Source: Scyliorhinus canicula (Eukaryota). Taken from it: a DNA stretch of 64,000 bases. Below the pieces are notes generated by a model. The model saw only the letters and a program-made list of their open reading frames with translations, ran no database searches and was not told the origin of the DNA. The position numbers and the translations under genes were made by a program. The DNA lies in NCBI RefSeq assembly GCF_902713615.1, contig NC_052171.1:14635958-14699957 (forward strand). Reading direction: 5' to 3'. Shown piece after piece: positions 22,191-34,101 of the stretch (positions are counted from its first letter, which is position 1; every line of letters begins with the position of its first letter).

Positions 22191-23903
22191 CATCTCGCTG
22201 GAAAACCCAAGCTCCTTCCTATCCCCTAAATTCGCCGGCACCTTCACCATCTCTGACAAAGTGAGCCCCTCCGTTTACATACCCTAACGGCAAGACTGTT
22301 TGGTTCAACACCAATCAGCTCAAAGCCTACGGACCCCAATGTAACCACGCCCATCACGTCACCTTGGCAATGGGAGACGGCGACGCCCGGCCCACCGACC
22401 AACCACTTCCACCTCATGATGGCTTACTTCTCTTTGCCCAACCCACTCCTGCTGACACCACGCTTCACCTTGATTCAGAGAAGGTGCCTAATCTTGACAG
22501 CGAACAGAGCGACTTGATTTATCTTTCTGATAATAGTGAATCTGGAGGCCCCATTGAAACAGCATGCCCTTTCCCAAGACACTGACTTTATTTACTTAGG
22601 TCGAATGACTGACTGGCGCACCCTCACTCCCCTAGTCGCATTGCTTCCACATTCCTGAAACCAGACCATTAACGCCCTACAATCCGCCTATCCTTCAACA
22701 CCCCAGTATGATACCGTAATCCTACTCGCAGAACGGTAAGAACAGAAGAGTCGTAGAACCACACAGCGAACAGCCCGATTAATGTCGTGAATCCTAAGAC
22801 GCCCGTCTAGTGGCCATGAGAGGCGAATGATACAGTGGATGAGCCTCTTCTGGGGATATTAGCATAACTGTTTCGGCATGCATTGTTCTAAGGTGTGTGC
22901 AACGCTACTATGTGAGGTGTCCATATGATGAACAGTGGACGCCTACTATGAATTAACGTTTCCAATTTCTGATGCAGCCTGTCACATCTTCGTTTTTCTC
23001 TAATGTTACAACATGGTTTAAATTCATGCCTTCCCGACATTGCATCGTCTCACAGAACGCATGATTCTCATGCATCCCTACCAGTCGCCGGAACACTTCG
23101 GTAACATATCCGTCAGGACACAGAGCCAGACTCCTTCTGTATAACTACCCGGTTTCGGCCCCTGTGCAGCTCCAGTTTGGGAACTTCGTGCTTCACTGTG
23201 AACTGGAATCCCCAGAGAAATGAATCCATATGCAGACACATTCTTCCTGTTCTTATACGGTCACGCGGGTCTGGAAACATGGCACTAAACCGCGCCCTGC
23301 CTGAGGACTCCAAACCGGTTAAGCAATACTCGGGTAGTAGAGACACGGCATTTCCCTCGCCCCCCCCTGGGATCCCACACATTCATCACCCGCGGCCCAA
23401 ACGCACCTCAGTACACCCCATACTATCTGGAATATCTTTCTACGTTCTATACAGACCTGGGAAGGTCTTAATCTTGTCTTCAAGTCTGATCTAAACTTAC
23501 TGATTGGTTGTGGGAAGACGAATGTATTCACTGAACGGACTAACCGATCTAAATCCTTGCCTATTTCACCCGTCTTTCCAGACCCCCTTGGGTCGCTCCC
23601 ACATGCTATTTATACTTTGGAAGCACCAGTTGTTGATTACTGATGCTCCGAAAACACGGGCTCTCCTAAAAATTCAGCCCCTGTCAAATTGCAACTTCTG
23701 TGCCAAAATAAATTCCTCTCCGCTCCCGGTACGAAACTCTATAAAACTCGCCGCCATAAGATTCAGCTAGTAACTAACAACCACAACCACACATGGTTTT
23801 GCTCAAGGTGGAGATAGGTGGAAGAAAGTGTTCGACCAGTCCCACCCTCGGTCAGACAGGCTTGAGAAACACGTATAATTATTCGTTTTTACTCCTGCAC
23901 TTT

Positions 23904-24556
23904 ACATAAGAACATAAGAACTAGGAGCAGGAGTAGGCCCTCGAGCCTGTTCCGCCATTCAATTAGATCATGGCTAATCTTTTGTGGACTCAGCTCCACT
24001 TTCCGCCCCGAACACCATAACCCTTAATCCCTTTATTCTTCAAAAAACTATCTATCTTTACCTTAAAAACATGTAATGAAGGAGCCTCAACTGCTTCACT
24101 GGGCAAGGAATTCCATAGATTCACAACCCTTTGGGTGAAGAAGTTCCTCCTAAACTCAGTCCTAAATCTACTTCCCCTTATTTTGAGGCTATGTCCCCTA
24201 GTTCTGCTGTCACCCGCCAGTGGAAACAACCTGCCCGCATCTATCCTATCTATTCCCTTCATAATTTTAAATGTTTCTATAAGATCCACCCTCATCCTTC
24301 TAAATTCCAATGAGTACAGTCCCAGTCTACTCAACCTCTCCTTATAATCCAACCCCTTCACCTCTGGGATTAACCTAGTGAATCTCCTCTGCATACCCTC
24401 CAGCGCCAGTACGTCCTTTCTCAAGTAAGGAGACCAAAACTGAACACAATACTCCAGGTGTGGCCGCACTAACACCTTGTACAATTGCAACATAACCTCC
24501 CTAGTCTTAAACTCCATCCCTCTAGCAATGAATGACAAAATTCCATTTGCCTTCTT
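23904..24556 (-). mobile_element. Young CR1 LINE 3' fragment
   Basis: 182-aa ORF2 C-terminus nearly identical to those in 27255-29832 and 34102-34942; (TTCTTATG)n tail. Confidence 0.95.
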
Positions 24557-24559
24557 TAG

Positions 24560-25725
24560 TTTGCACTTCTTGTCACTCTCCTAAATATAATGAAAACAAA
24601 ATCTGCGATTCACGCATATTGACAACCAACATAATTATAAAAGGGAATTCAATCCAGGAGAGGAAGATTCATAAAATACAATTGTTAAACACAAGAATAT
24701 CACGATACGATGCTTATTCACTCGAACAACCACGGACGACAGACAAAACCAGAGGATGAATCGAGGTACAATCATCATCATGAATATTATTATAGCGACG
24801 GCAATCAAATCACAGGACAAGGTGTTCTCTGTATTCAGGCTATCTCTGGTTTGTCCCAACAAGTGCAGGAGAATGTGAGGGCGGTACATTAAGCGTCAAC
24901 GGTAGCATTGTGGATAGCACAATTGCTTCAGAGCTCCAGGGTTCCAGGTTCGATTCCCGGATTGGGTCACTGTCTGTGCGGAGTCTGCACGTTCTCCCCG
25001 TGGCTGTGTGGGTTTCCTCCGGGTGCTTCGGTTACCTCCCACAATCCAAAGATGTGCATATTATGTGGATTGGTCATGATAAATTGCCCTTAGTGTCCAA
25101 AACTGCCCTTCGTGTTGGTTGGGGTTACTGGGTTATGGGGATAATAGGGTGGAGGTGTTGACCTTTGGTAGGGTCGTCTTTCCAACAGCCATTGCAGACT
25201 CGATGGGCCAAATGGCCTCCTTCTACACTTTAAATTATGTGGAAAAACCAAAGCAGAAGCATCTTTTACGGGTGTTACACTCAAAGGGCAATGCACAAAA
25301 GGCCCAATGGAACCTCATTAGAATGCTATATTAGCACCTCCGAAAAAAGAGATAGGTGGAAATTTCCAAATGAAGGGTGTCCTGAAATTGGATGTTCAGC
25401 ACAAAGCCCAGAAAGAGGATTAGGAATTGGATCACGGGACATTCACAGAGGGTAACTTGACTCTTTGCAAAATCAGGACAAGACCTAAGCCAGCCCCAAA
25501 CACCAGAGAACAGAACCAAAATATCATCCGACAATTGTTAGAAACCGAGACCAGCACCTGGTGGGACGACATTGGAATTTGGTGCCCCAATCCTCGAAAC
25601 CACCCAGTAACATGCCTCATCTCCGAACATAGCCAAAGTTCTCATCCTGATTGCGCTAATAAATACTTGAAATGTGGTCACTTTATTAATACACGGAGAA
25701 CTCTCACGCACGGTGGTTATTAAGA
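24560..25725 (+). pseudogene. Possible env-like remnant of element 2 (split by a SINE)
   Basis: Lies downstream of integrase; heptad-like IQAISGLSQQVQENVRAV and NQNIIRQLLETETSTWWDDIGIW...HP followed by hydrophobic residues; heavily decayed. Confidence 0.4.
24897..25240 (+). mobile_element. HE1-like V-SINE, subfamily B
   Basis: Head, V core and tail all present. Confidence 0.88.
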
Positions 25726-25800
25726 GTAATAAAGATAAAAGTCAACAACAGTTAGTGAAGAGAAAAAGATGAATAAAAACTCATGTCGGCGATTTACGGT

Positions 25801-27005
25801 TAGAACATAGAACAGAGAACATTACAGCGCAGTACAGGCCCTTCGGCCCTCGATGTTGCGCCGTCCTGTGAAACCCATCTAAGGTCCTTCTACACTATTC
25901 CCTTATCGTCCATATGCCTATCCAATGACCATTTGAATGCGTTTCGTGTTGGCGAGTCCACAACTGTTGGAGGCAGGGCATTCCACGCCCTTACTACTTT
26001 CTGAGTAAAGAACCTACCTCTGTCATCTCTCCTATATCTATCTCCCCTCAATTTAAAGGTATTTCCCGTCGTGCTGGACATCACCATCCGAGGAAAAAGG
26101 CTCTCAATGTCCACTCTATCTAATCCTCGGATCATCTTGTATGCCTCAATAAAGTCACCTCTTAACCTTCTTTTCTCTAATGAAAACAGCCTCAAGTCCT
26201 TCAGCCTTTCCTCACGTGATCTTCCCTCCGTACCAGGCAACATCCTTGTAAATCTCCTCTGTACCCTTTCCAATGCTTCCACATCCTTCCTATAATGTGG
26301 CGACCAGAACTGCACGCAATACTCCAAATGCGGCCACACCTGAGTTTTGTACAACTGCAACATGACCTCATGGCTCCGACACTCAATTCCTCTACCAATA
26401 AAAGCTAACACACCGTACGCCTTCTTAACAACTCTCTCAACCTGGGTGGCAACTTTCAGGGATCTATAAACATGGACACCGAGATCTCTCTGCTCCTCCA
26501 CACTACCAAGAATCTTACAACTAGCCCAGAACTCTGTCTTCCTATTATTCCTTCCAAAATGAATCACCTCAGACTTTTCTGCAGTAAACTCCATTTGTCA
26601 CCTGTCAGCCCAGCTCTGCAGCTTATCTATGTCCCTCTGTAATTTGTAACATCCTTCTGCACTGTCCACAACTCCACCAACTTTAGTGTAATCTGCAAAT
26701 TTACTCACCCATCCTTCTGCGCGCTCCTCCAGGTCATTTATAAAAATGACAAACAGCAGCAGCCCCAAAACAGATACTTATGGTACACCACTAGTAACTG
26801 GACACCAGTCAGAACATTTCCCATCAACCACCACCCTTTGTCTTCTATCAACTAGCCAATTTCTGATCCAAACTGCTAAATCACCCTGAATGCCTCTGTA
26901 TTTTCAGCAGTAGCCAACCGTGGGGAAACTTATCAAACGCTTTACTGAAATCCATATTCACCATATGCTTTACCCTCATCCACCTGTTTGGTCACCTTCT
27001 CGAAA
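25801..27005 (-). mobile_element. 5'-truncated CR1 LINE
   Basis: 234-aa ORF2 C-terminal frame (25890-26594) with decayed RT upstream; (TTCTATG)n tail. Confidence 0.92.
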
Positions 27006-27254
27006 AAGGGAGAATTCATAACAGGGAACAAAGAAATTATTGAGGATCAAAATGTATACTATGTTTCTGTCTTCATAAAGGAAGATATAGGTAATATACC
27101 GGAAGTTCAAGAAGCACATGGTTTATGAGGAGCTGAAGGAAATTAGTCTCAGTAAAGACATAGTTCTGGGTAAATTGACAGCACTGAAGGCCTAGAAATC
27201 TCCATGGTCTGATAATCTTCATGACAGAGTACTTAAGGGAGTGACCCTAGATAT

Positions 27255-29832
27255 CATAAGAACATGAACACAAGAACTAGGAGCAGGAGTAGGCCATCTG
27301 GCCCCTCGAGCCTGCTCCGCCATTCAATTCGATCATGGCTGATCTTTTGTGGACTCAGCTCCACTTTCCAGCCCGAACACCATAACCCTTAATCCCTTTA
27401 TTCTTCAAAAAACTATCTATCTTTACCTTAAAAACATGTAATGAAGGAGCCTCAACTGCTTCACTGGGCAAGGAATTCCATAGATTCACAACCCTTTGGG
27501 TGAAGAAGTTCCTCCTAAACTCAGTCCTAAATCTACTTCCCCTTATTTTGAGGCTATGCCCCCTAGTTCTGCTGTCACCCGCCAGTGGAAACAACCTGCC
27601 CGCATCTATCCTATCTATTCCCTTCATAATTTTAAATGTTTCTATAAGATCCCCCCTCATCCTTCTAAATTCCAACGAGTACAGTCCCAGTCTACTCAAC
27701 CTCTCCTCATAATCCAACCCCTTCAGCTCTGGGATTAACCTAGTGAATCTCCTCTGCACACCCTCCAGCGCCAGTACGTCCTTTCTCAAGTAAGGAGACC
27801 AAAACTGAACACAATACACCAGGTGTGGCCGCACTAACACCTTATACAATTGCAACATAACCTCCCTAGTCTTAAACTCCATCCCTCTAGCAATGAAGGA
27901 CAACATTCCATTTGCCTTCTTAATCACCTGTTGCACTTGTAAACCAACCTTCTGTGACTCATGCACTAGCACACCCAAGTCTCTCTGAACAGCGGCATGC
28001 TTTAATATTTTATCGTTTAAATAATAATCCCGTTTGCTGTTATTCCTACCAAAATGGATAACCTCACATTTGTCAACATTGTATTCCATCTGCCAGACCC
28101 GAGCCCATTCACTTAACCTATCCAAATCCCTCTGCAGACTTCCAGTATCCTCTGCACTTTCCGCTTTACCACTCATCTTAGTGTCATCTGCAAACTTGGA
28201 CACATTGCCCTTGGTCCCCAACTCCAAATCATCAATGTAAATTGTGAACAATTGTGGGCCCAACACGGATCCCTGAGGGACACCACTAGCTACTGATTGC
28301 CAACCAGAGAAACACCCATTTATCCCAACTCTTTGCTTTCTATTAATTAACCAATCCTCTATCCATGCTACTACTTTACCCTTAATGCCATGCATCTTTA
28401 TCTTATGCAGCAACCTTTTGTGTGGCAGCTTGTCAAAGGCTTTCTGGAAATCCAGATATACCACATCCATCGGCTCCCCGTTATCTACTGCACTGGTAAT
28501 GTCCTCAAAAAATTCCACTAAATTAGTTAGGCATGACCTGCCTTTAACGAACCCATGCTGCGTCTGCCCAATGGGACAATTTCTATCCAGATGCCTCGCA
28601 ATTTCTTCCTTGATGATAGATTCCAGCATCTTCCCTATTACCGAAGTTAAACTCACTGGCCTATAATTTCCTGCTTTCTGCCTACCTCCTTTTTTAAACA
28701 GTGGCGTCACGTTTGCTAATTTCCAATCCACCGGGACCACCCCAGAGTCTAGTGAATTTCGGTAAATTATCACTAGTGCATCTGCAATTTCCCTAGCCAT
28801 CTCTTTTAGCACTCTGGGATGCATTCCATCAGGGCCAGGAGACTTGTCTACCTTTAGCCCCATTAGCTTGCCCATCACTCCCTCCTTCGTGATAACAGTC
28901 CTCTCAAGGTCCTCACCTGTCATAGCCTCATTTCTATCAATCGCTGGCATGTTATTTGTGTCTTCCACTGTGAAGACCGACCCAAAAAACCTGTTCAGTT
29001 CCTCAGCCATTTCCTCATTTCCCATTATTAAAACTCCCTTCTCATCCTCTAAAGGACCAATATTTACCTTAGCCACTCTTTTTTGTCTTATAGATTTGTA
29101 AAAACTTTTACTGTCTGTTTTTATATTCTGAGCAAGTTTACTCTCATACTCTATCTTACTCTTCTTTATAGCTTTTTTAGTAGCTTTCTGTTGCCCCCTA
29201 AAGATTTCCCAGTCCTCTAATCTCCCAGCAATCTTTGCCACTTTATATGCTTTTTCCTTCAATTTGATACTCTCCCTTATTTCCTTAGATATCCACGGTC
29301 GATTTTCCCTCTTTCTTCCGTCCTTCCTTTTTGTTGGTATAAACCTTTGCTGAGCACTGTGAAAAATCGCTTGGAAGGTTCTCCACTGTTCCTTAACTAT
29401 TCCACCATAAAGTCTTAACTCCCAGTCTACCTTAGCTAGTTCTTCTCTCATCCCCTTGTAATCTCCTTTGTTTAAACACAAAACACTAGTATTTGATTTT
29501 ACTTTCTCACCCTCCATCTGTATTTTAAATTCCACTATATTGTGATCGCTCCTTCCGAGAGGATCCCTAACTATGAGATCATGAATCAATCCTGTCTCAT
29601 TACACAGGACAAGATCTAGGACCGCTTGTTCCCTCGTAGGTTCCATTACATACTGTTCTAGGAAACTATCGCGGATACATTCTATAAACTCCTCCTCACG
29701 GTTGCCTTGACCGACCTGGTTAAACCAATCGACATGTAGATTAAAATCCCCCATGATAACTGCTGCACCATTTCTACATGCATCAGTTATTTCTTTGTTT
29801 ATTGCCTGCCCCACCATCTCGTTACTATTTGG
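27255..29832 (-). mobile_element. Young 5'-truncated CR1 LINE
   Basis: Uninterrupted ORF2 from mid-endonuclease to the stop codon, plus 3' UTR and tail. Confidence 0.97.
27355..29832 (-). CDS. CR1 ORF2 (partial endonuclease + complete reverse transcriptase), no native start
   Basis: 830-aa open frame with [42 protein letters not shown] and KFADD motifs. Confidence 0.85.
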   Translation of the reverse strand, partial: PNSNEMVGQAINKEITDACRNGAAVIMGDFNLHVDWFNQVGQGNREEEFIECIRDSFLEQYVMEPTREQAVLDLVLCNETGLIHDLIVRDPLGRSDHNIVEFKIQMEGEKVKSNTSVLCLNKGDYKGMREELAKVDWELRLYGGIVKEQWRTFQAIFHSAQQRFIPTKRKDGRKRENRPWISKEIRESIKLKEKAYKVAKIAGRLEDWEIFRGQQKATKKAIKKSKIEYESKLAQNIKTDSKSFYKSIRQKRVAKVNIGPLEDEKGVLIMGNEEMAEELNRFFGSVFTVEDTNNMPAIDRNEAMTGEDLERTVITKEGVMGKLMGLKVDKSPGPDGMHPRVLKEMAREIADALVIIYRNSLDSGVVPVDWKLANVTPLFKKGGRQKAGNYRPVSLTSVIGKMLESIIKEEIARHLDRNCPIGQTQHGFVKGRSCLTNLVEFFEDITSAVDNGEPMDVVYLDFQKAFDKLPHKRLLHKIKMHGIKGKVVAWIEDWLINRKQRVGINGCFSGWQSVASGVPQGSVLGPQLFTIYIDDLELGTKGNVSKFADDTKMSGKAESAEDTGSLQRDLDRLSEWARVWQMEYNVDKCEVIHFGRNNSKRDYYLNDKILKHAAVQRDLGVLVHESQKVGLQVQQVIKKANGMLSFIARGMEFKTREVMLQLYKVLVRPHLVYCVQFWSPYLRKDVLALEGVQRRFTRLIPELKGLDYEERLSRLGLYSLEFRRMRGDLIETFKIMKGIDRIDAGRLFPLAGDSRTRGHSLKIRGSRFRTEFRRNFFTQRVVNLWNSLPSEAVEAPSLHVFKVKIDSFLKNKGIKGYGVRAGKWS

Positions 29833-30580
29833 TGTCCTCTCCAACAATATGGCCCCTCTCGTTTGTAAATAATGAAGAAAAATACTTTTTCAAGACCTCT
29901 CCTATCTCTTCAGACTCAATACACAATCTCCCGCTACTGTCCTTGATCGGACCTACCCTCGCTCTAGTCATTCTCATATTTCTCACATATGTGTAAAAGG
30001 CCTTGGGGTTTTCCTTGATCCTACCCGCCAAAGATTTTTTAATGCCCTCTCTTAGCTCTCCTAATCCCGTTCTTCAATTCACTCCTGGCTATCTTTTATC
30101 CCTCCAGCGCCCTGTCTGAACCTTGTTTCTTCAGCCTTACATAAGTCTCCTTCTTCCTCTTTACAAGACATTCAACCTCTCTTGTCAACCATGGTTCCCT
30201 CACTCGACCATCTCTTCCCTGCCTGACAGGGACATACATATCAAAACCATGCAGTTCCTTGAACAAGTTCGACATTTCACTTGTGTACATCCCTGACAGC
30301 GTATGTTCCCAACTTCTGCACTTCAATTCTTGTCTGACAGCATTGTATTTACCCTTCCCCCAATTGTAAACCTTGCCCTGTTGCGCACACCTATTCCTCT
30401 CCATTACCAAAGTGAAAGTCACAGAATTGTGGACACTACCTCCAAAATGCACCCCCACTAACAAATCTATCACCTGCCCTGGTTCATTACCAAGTACTAA
30501 ATCCAATATGGCCTCTCCTCTGGTCGGACAACCTATATACTGTGTTACAAAAGCTTCCTGGACACACTGCACAAACACTT
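29833..30580 (-). mobile_element. CR1 ORF2 internal fragment (different subfamily)
   Basis: PTRGEAILDLVLGNEPGQV and IKENPKAFYTYVRN; similar to the CR1 at 10.7-13.6 kb. Confidence 0.85.
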
Positions 30581-31039
30581 TTGTCTACTAGGTACGTACT
30601 GTGTAAGTTCCCTTGGTTACAGAAAATACTTTTCACTGTACTTCGGTACATGAGACAATAAATGAACATAAATTCCTATCTCTGTAAACCCCTCCAGCCC
30701 CGACATCGCATCGTACCTCTGAAAAAATTCCCCAGCTCCTGGAAACCCTCCGTATCTCCGAGATGGCTGCGCTTCTCCAAATCCTATTGTCATCAGGAAT
30801 ATGTCGGGAAGAAGGCATTGAAGAGGATAACGAGCCATGATCATACTGCATAGCACAGCCTGTCGTCAGGCTGAATAGCCTTCTATTCATATTTATTTGT
30901 GCAAGGATGATTTTATGGAGGGCACTGAAGATTGAGATTTACTTTGTATAAAATCCTCTCCTGGAGTGTTTAATGCAACAGTGGTGTGAGGTTCATTCTG
31001 TATCTTACTCCATTATGAGAGCGTCTTGAAATCCATCAT

Positions 31040-32257
31040 GGTAGATACGTCCCCAAGTCTGATGCAATCTACCCCAGAATACTGAGGGAGGCAAGAGAGG
31101 AATTTGCTGGGGCCTTCACAGAAATCGCTGTACCGTCACTGGCGACAGGTGAGGTCTCAGAGAACTGGAGAAGAGCAAACGTTGTTCCGTTGTTGAAGAG
31201 GATAGCAAGGATAATCCAGGTAATTTCGGCAGGTGAGTCTTTCCTCAGTGGTCGGGAAATTATTGCTGAGGATTCTTCGCGACAGCATTTATTACCATTT
31301 GAAAGCAAATGGATGGATTAGCGACAGGCAACATGGTTTTGTGAGGGAAAGGACGTGTCTGACTGAATTGATCGACGTTTTCGAGAAAATGACGAAATTA
31401 TGATGGTTGGACGGTGGATGTTGTCTGCATGAACTTCAGTTGGTCTTTGAAAAGGATATGATGGCAGACTGGATCAGAGGTGAGCTGGCACGATAGACAC
31501 AGAACTTGCTCCGTCATAGAAGAAAGACTAGCAGTGGAAGAGTTCTTTTCTGAATGGAGGGCTGTGACTAGTGGTGTTCCGTAGTGATCAGTTCTGGTAC
31601 CTTTGCTGTTTTTAACACATACATAAATTATTAGGCGGAAAATGGAACTGGTCTGATTATGACTGTCGCGGACGACACAAAGGTTGGTGGTATTGCGAAG
31701 AGTAATAAGGACCAGCAGAGGAAACAGAAGGAAATAGATCGGTTGGATACATGAATACAGAGTTGGCAGATGGGATTTAATTCGGACAAATGTGAGGTGA
31801 TGCATTTTAGAAGGTCTAAACTGGTCGAAAAAATGCAATCAATGCAAGAACCCTTAAGAGTAATGATGGGCGGCAGGGTGGCGTGGTGTTTAGCACTGCT
31901 GTCTCACGGGTTTGATCCTGGCTCTGGCTCGTTGTTCGTGTGGCGTTTGCTTATTTTCGCCATATTTGTGTGGGTTGGGCAACCCTCCAAACCAATGATG
32001 TGCAGGCTACTTGCATTGGACATGCTAAATTGCCTCTTAATTGAGAAGAAATATAATTGAGCACTCGCAATTTATTTTTTTAAAAGAGTATTTTCAGTCA
32101 GAGGGAGCTGGGTTGACAGGCCCACAAGTCACTGAAAGTGGCAACGCAGCTGGGGAAGGGAGTCAAGAATTTCTTCATCGGCCAGGGCATTGAGTATAAA
32201 AATTAGTAAGTCATGCAGCAGCTTTATAGAATCTCACTTAGGCCACACTTGGAATAT
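31040..32257 (+). mobile_element. Old decayed CR1 RT fragment with a diverged SINE at ~31868-32080
   Basis: Degenerate WRRANVVPL, TSGVP, ADDTKVGG and FNSDKCEVMHF. Confidence 0.75.
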
Positions 32258-34101
32258 AGAAAGATAGAGAAATACAGCACAGAACAGGCCCTTCGACCCA
32301 CGATGTTGTGCCGAACTTTTGCCCTAGGTTAATCATAGAATTTTGGACACTAAGGGCAATTTATCATGGCCAATCCACCCAACCTGCACATCTTTGGACT
32401 GTGGGAGGAAACCGGAGTACCCGGAGGAAACCCACGCATACACGGGGAGGATGTGCAGACTCCACACAGACAGTGACCCAAGTCGAAATCGAACCTGAGA
32501 CCTTGGAGCTGTGAAGCAATTGAGCTATGCACAATGCTACCGTGCTGCCCTTAAGAAGCAATTAATCTACACTCCATTATTCTACCCTAATCCATGTACC
32601 TATCCAATAGCCGCTTGAAGGTCCCTAACGTTTCCGACTCAACAACGACCACAGGCAATGCATTCCATGTCCCCACTACTCTCTGGGTAAAGAACCTACC
32701 TCTGACGTCCCTTCTATATCTTCCACCATTTACCTTAAATTTATGTCCCCTTCTAACGGTTTGTTCCACCCGGGGGAAAAGTATCTGACTGTCTACTCTA
32801 TCTATTCCCCTGATCATCTTATAAACCTCTATCAAGTCGCCCCTCATCCTTCTCCGTTCTAATGAGAAAAGGCCTAGTACCCTCAACCTTTCCTCGTAAG
32901 ACCTACTCTCCATTCCAGGCAACATCCTGGTAAATCTCCTTTGCACCTTTTCCAAAGCGTCCACATCCTTCCTAAAATGAGGCGACCAGAACTGCACACA
33001 GTACTCTAAATGTGGCCCGACCAAGGTTGTGTACAACTGCATCATCACCTCACGGCTCTTATATTCAATCCTTCTGCTAATGAACGCTAGCACACCATAG
33101 GCCTTCTTCACAGCTCTATCCACCTAAGTGGCAACTTTCAAAGATCTATGAACATAGACCCCAAGATCTCTCTGCTCCTCCACATTGCCAAGAACCCGAC
33201 CGTTAACCCTGTATTCCGCATTCATATTTGTCCTTCCAAAATGGACAACCTCACACTTGTCAGGGTTAAACTCCATCTGCCACTTCTCAGCCCAGCTCTG
33301 CATCCTATCGATGTCTCTTTGAAGCCGACAACAGCCCTCCTCACTATCCACAACTCCACCAATCTTCGTATCATCTGCAAATTTACTGACCCACCCTTCA
33401 ACTCCCTCATCCAAGTCGTTAATGAAAATCACAAACAGCAGAGGGCCCAGAACTGATCCCTGCGGTACGCCACTAGTAACTGGGCTCCAGGCTGAATATT
33501 TGCCATCCACCACCACTCTCTGTCTTCTATCGGTTAGCCAGCTTGTTATCCAACTGGCCAAATTTCCCCCGATCCCATGCCTCCTTACTTTCTGCACAAG
33601 CCTACAATGGGGAACCTTATCAAATGCCTTACTAAAATCCATGTACACTACATTCACAGCTTTACCTTCATCCACATGCTTGGTCACCTCCTCGAAGAAG
33701 TCAATAAGGCAAGACCTACCCCTCACAAATCCGTGCTGACTATCCCTAATCAAGCAGTGTCTTTCCAGATGCTCAGAAATCCTTTCCCTCAGTACCCTTT
33801 CCATTACTTTGCCTACCACCGAAGTAAGACTAACTGGCCTGTAATTCCCTAGGTTATCCCTATTCTCTTTTTTGAACAGGGGCACGACATTCGCCACTCC
33901 CCAATCCTCTGGTACCACCCATATTGACATCGAGGACGAAAAGATAATTGCCAACGGCTCTGCAATTTCATTTCTTGCTTCCCAAAGAATCCTTGGATAT
34001 ATCCCGTCAGGCCCGGGGGACTTGTCTATCCTCAGGTTTTTCAAAACGTCCCACACATCTTCCTTCCTAATAAGTATCTCCTCGAGCTTATCAGTCTGTT
34101 T
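32258..34101 (-). mobile_element. 5'-truncated CR1 LINE with a V-SINE segment (32334-32550) inside its 3' UTR
   Basis: 326-aa and 178-aa RT frames separated by one in-frame TAG (33124-33126); the SINE head and core lie between the ORF2 stop and the LINE tail. Confidence 0.93.

Larger units (their letters stand above)
18329..22340 (+). pseudogene. pol: pol remnant: protease-like region, RT deleted, degenerate Ty3-type RNase H (tether), RNase HI-type domain, integrase
   Basis: Tether FSDCERHLLAIFWSVKYF...VEHTP...RAARWRLALQG (19002-19190). RNase H KIDVDGPS...AQAAEFAAI...ADIHSGSIYVCNSL...KVKSH...NCKADALAQAG (19365-19777). Integrase HDGHGH...WPELKRDVIHYVENS, DLQIDY, ESDQGAHFTG, ERMDCTLK, and GPY/F-like SPKFAGTFTISDK (~22220). 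Confidence 0.85.
15733..25725 (+). mobile_element. Decayed retrovirus-like LTR element 2 (LTR-gag-pro-[RT deleted]-tether-RNase H-integrase-env-like); no 3' LTR seen
   Basis: Ordered domain remnants listed in the following features; interrupted by two CR1 and two SINE insertions. Confidence 0.85.

Noticed and set aside
25725-25800. 3' LTR or polypurine tract of element 2
   Set aside because: A purine-rich run is present but no copy of the 5' LTR follows; CR1 sequence begins at 25801.
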